Positions 61,393 to 64,000 of a stretch of 64,000 nt of DNA are shown in pieces (the first letter of the stretch is position 1; every line of letters starts with the position of its first letter). A program made the position numbers and the translations under genes. Source of the DNA: Amoebidium appalachense (taxonomy: Eukaryota; Protista; Ichthyosporea); NCBI GenBank assembly GCA_963693365.1, contig CAVNZM010000007.1, positions 8,677,962 to 8,741,961 on the forward strand. Reading direction: 5' to 3'. The notes under the pieces are model-generated. The model saw only the letters and a program-made list of their open reading frames with translations. It ran no database searches and was not told the DNA's origin.

Positions 61393-62577
61393 ATGGCACA
61401 TGCCTATAATCGTTTCAGAACCTCTTTCAAAGTTCCATCTACACCCATCACACATGTGCGACCATTAAAACGTCCAGCAGATACACCTACCACAGATGCA
61501 CAACCAGAAAAACATCGCCTTAGACTAAGCGCAACACCTATTTACAATACACTACCCATTCAGAATAACACCACACCACTCCGTAGAAACACAATAACAA
61601 CCATGCCGAAACTTTCGGTTGATACAGTACTGGCAGAACTTGCCCTCGTTAAGAAACAGCTAAATGAGCTGTTACCACTCAAGAACATGATAGAAAAACT
61701 CCAAACAGAAAATACCCAACTCAAGCTCACCATTGATTCACTCACAGCCCAGCTAAACATTAGTGGATCGCAAAACCCCAAAACTCATGAGCAAACATCT
61801 CGCGACGGAGACATTTCCACCCCAACACAAAACAACACAGGACCGGAAGCACAGCTCCCGGCAGAGTTCCTAGAATATGCGAACTCTCGTAAAACACCCG
61901 AGCTCCGCCAAATTGCCAAGGAAACATATGCCAGCATTCTTGCAGGCAACGAGTACCGCCGCAACTCCCCTCCCAAACCGCCGGCTAAGGGGAACACCCA
62001 AGCAAACGGTAACATCAACATCCCACCCAAATACGAGAGGGTGTATTTCAAAGTCAAGCACGGCAGACGCCCACACAGGGCCATGTGGTCCATCTTCAAG
62101 GCTCTCGGCTTCCGGTGCTCTCGCATCCTTTGTCTGTCCTTCATTGGATACGATGTGCTGGAAGTAGCAGTACGGGGCGACTATAACCGTGCGTTCATCC
62201 GTGACGCGACAAAGGGGTGTGGAAGCTTCTTCACCCACCTCCCAAGCTACGACCCATGCGCGCCGGAAAACATTCAGAAAGCAGACAAAGAACGTAAAGT
62301 GTCTGCTAAGAATGCGTGCGCCACACGTTGTCGTGTACGCATCAGCAAGGCAAAAGAGTTCCTCGCAAAGTTGGAAAACGATGCTACGAGCGTGATAGAC
62401 ACGGACACGAAGGAACCAATGTTTTCTGGTGAGAAACTGCTCGAGCGCAAACGCCGATGCGAGATGGAAATCGAGCTCTTCTGCGAACTGTTCGCGCTGG
62501 CGGAAGGTCGTGCATACGACCCCGTAAGCGACAAGTGGGAACCAACCCCACAGGTGTCGGACCAAACCGATGCCTAA
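61393..62577 (+). CDS. LINE ORF1 protein (394 aa; coiled coil, no CCHC knuckle)
   Basis: Heptad region LAELALVKKQLNELLPLKNMIEKLQTENTQLKLTIDSL; lies immediately 5' of APE-RT. Confidence 0.8.
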   Translation: MAHAYNRFRTSFKVPSTPITHVRPLKRPADTPTTDAQPEKHRLRLSATPIYNTLPIQNNTTPLRRNTITTMPKLSVDTVLAELALVKKQLNELLPLKNMIEKLQTENTQLKLTIDSLTAQLNISGSQNPKTHEQTSRDGDISTPTQNNTGPEAQLPAEFLEYANSRKTPELRQIAKETYASILAGNEYRRNSPPKPPAKGNTQANGNINIPPKYERVYFKVKHGRRPHRAMWSIFKALGFRCSRILCLSFIGYDVLEVAVRGDYNRAFIRDATKGCGSFFTHLPSYDPCAPENIQKADKERKVSAKNACATRCRVRISKAKEFLAKLENDATSVIDTDTKEPMFSGEKLLERKRRCEMEIELFCELFALAEGRAYDPVSDKWEPTPQVSDQTDA

Positions 62578-64000
62578 TTTATCCTTCTTCTTCTGGAATG
62601 CTCGGACACTGGGCCCCCAAAAGGGCCTCCCCCCCGGGACACTCGACGATAAAATCAGCTACATACAACAACAGACAAACAACCACACGTTTACAGTGAT
62701 TTGCGAAACACAGTTTAAAAACCACAACAAATTCAACTCTACATTGGTCGACACATCCACACACCCCGGTTACGCGAAAAACCGCGGCATTATTGTACTT
62801 GCCACACCACACGTGAGAGTGAAGTGCAAACCGGTAGCAAAAACGGAATTCTCGGTTTCTATAGAGTTTCTTTCTAATGTTTTTACTTTTGTATATTACC
62901 CACCATCTATGTCGGTTGTCGAATTGACTCACGAGTTGTCACAGTTACCAATGTCCACTGTTATTTTAGGTGATTTTAACACGCGACTCCACCACACAGA
63001 CACACTGCAAGTGAGTGTCGGGTACCCATCTAAGCCCCCGGAGCGTGCTATCCCTTTAGCAAGGTATGTCCAAAGTCACACTTTGCGGTTCCCTCAAATA
63101 TCCCATGCCCACAACACCGACTGGGGAGTGGCCTTTTGGCCATCAACCATGTCAAAACTCTCTCTCCCTCCTAACCTCTCTAGGTCATCTGACCACTCTC
63201 CTATCCTTTTCCTACCTAAGATCTCCCTTGATCTGCTCCCCCCTCCTCCTCCCACCTTTCGCCTCCGTCTATCCCAGCTTAAGTCACAGTGGGGTAGAGT
63301 TGATGTATGTGTATGCTATGCTACGAAACACCCTATATATATGCGCCTATTAGAATCTGCACAAGCCAGGCCAGATTCACATCTCGTACTAGATACATGC
63401 ACTAACTTTATTGTTGATGATTTGATAGATCTCGGTGATTATGCTGGCGGTGGTAGGAAGGAATATCCCGATGCTCTCTTGTTACCAAACACCACTCCCG
63501 CTAGACTAGGTGAACCCCTGTCTCAAAAGGAAAGCTTGCGCCGGCTTGCTAGTATGAATCGATTTGGCCCCCCTGCTCGTATTATTGGTGATACCACTGG
63601 AGACCCCCTCATAGACTCTGATAAGTATTTCTCGGAACTGTTTAAAGATAGGACCCCCGCTCAGAAACCTATTGTGTGGCCTGTAGACCCATCTATCCCC
63701 ATAGAATCGATCCTCCCCTTTTTCAGCCCCGATGCCATATGGTCTGTGATATCTAGTTATAGCTCTAGTAAGTCTTGTGGACCTGATGGACTCCCTGCTG
63801 GGTTTCTTAAAATCCTTGTTCCCTCCTACCCACAAAAGGAAAGTGATCGTGCTATTAAACCTGATCTTACTATCATGTTAAGCTCTCTCTTTTCTTGGTG
63901 TGTTAAATGTGGACATGTCCCGTCATCTTGGTTAGATACCTTAGTGATCCCCATAGTTAAGAAGGACTCTGAGGGCCCCATATCATCCTTTCGCCCCATT
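62570..64000 (+). CDS. LINE ORF2: AP-endonuclease plus reverse transcriptase N-terminus (runs off window; absent from ORF track)
   Basis: Stop-free frame from ATG 62570: FFWNARTL, ICET, VYYPPS, VILGDFN, SDH (APE motifs); KSCGPDGL, PSSW..TLVIPIVKK, FRPI (RT domains 0-1). Confidence 0.93.
   Translation, partial: MPNLSFFFWNARTLGPQKGLPPGTLDDKISYIQQQTNNHTFTVICETQFKNHNKFNSTLVDTSTHPGYAKNRGIIVLATPHVRVKCKPVAKTEFSVSIEFLSNVFTFVYYPPSMSVVELTHELSQLPMSTVILGDFNTRLHHTDTLQVSVGYPSKPPERAIPLARYVQSHTLRFPQISHAHNTDWGVAFWPSTMSKLSLPPNLSRSSDHSPILFLPKISLDLLPPPPPTFRLRLSQLKSQWGRVDVCVCYATKHPIYMRLLESAQARPDSHLVLDTCTNFIVDDLIDLGDYAGGGRKEYPDALLLPNTTPARLGEPLSQKESLRRLASMNRFGPPARIIGDTTGDPLIDSDKYFSELFKDRTPAQKPIVWPVDPSIPIESILPFFSPDAIWSVISSYSSSKSCGPDGLPAGFLKILVPSYPQKESDRAIKPDLTIMLSSLFSWCVKCGHVPSSWLDTLVIPIVKKDSEGPISSFRPI

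Larger units (their letters stand above)
61179..64000 (+). mobile_element. Non-LTR retrotransposon (LINE, APE-type), 5' part; 5' boundary uncertain
   Basis: ORF1 followed by an overlapping APE-RT ORF2, both uninterrupted within the window. Confidence 0.92.

Noticed and set aside
62630-63025. Insertion with short inverted ends interrupting LINE ORF2
   Set aside because: The frame from 62570 is continuous through this region with intact APE motifs

Overview
Eukaryotic, intron-dense DNA. POP4, a glycogen-targeting PP1 subunit, TSP1/PAN modules and CTAAC branch sites suggest a unicellular opisthokont; the taxon is inference only. Nearly all ORF-track entries are artefacts of poly-G/C and (CA)n tracts. 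Manual splicing gives: (1) two tandem minus-strand paralogues (15878->off window start, 27+ exons; 44318->20459, 29 exons, about 1088 aa) encoding secreted proteins in which a bacterial-type pectate_lyase_3/DUF4955-like beta-helix is fused to PAN/Apple, TSP1, hevein-like, ricin-like and an unrecognised Cys-rich exon-repeat module; (2) three intronic tRNA-Ile(AAT) copies, one a pseudogene; (3) POP4/RPP29 (10 exons, one GC-AG intron, apparent +1 frameshift); (4) a CBM21 PP1 glycogen-targeting subunit; (5) an apparently intact LINE (ORF1 plus APE-RT ORF2) running off the right end; (6) a foldback MITE and a second perfect inverted-repeat element. The most unusual signals are an intron 'grammar' (poly-C right after 5' splice sites, (CA)n or poly-A in place of a U-rich tract before 3' splice sites, following gene orientation) and a dispersed ~100-135 bp intronic element that is always sense to its host gene.
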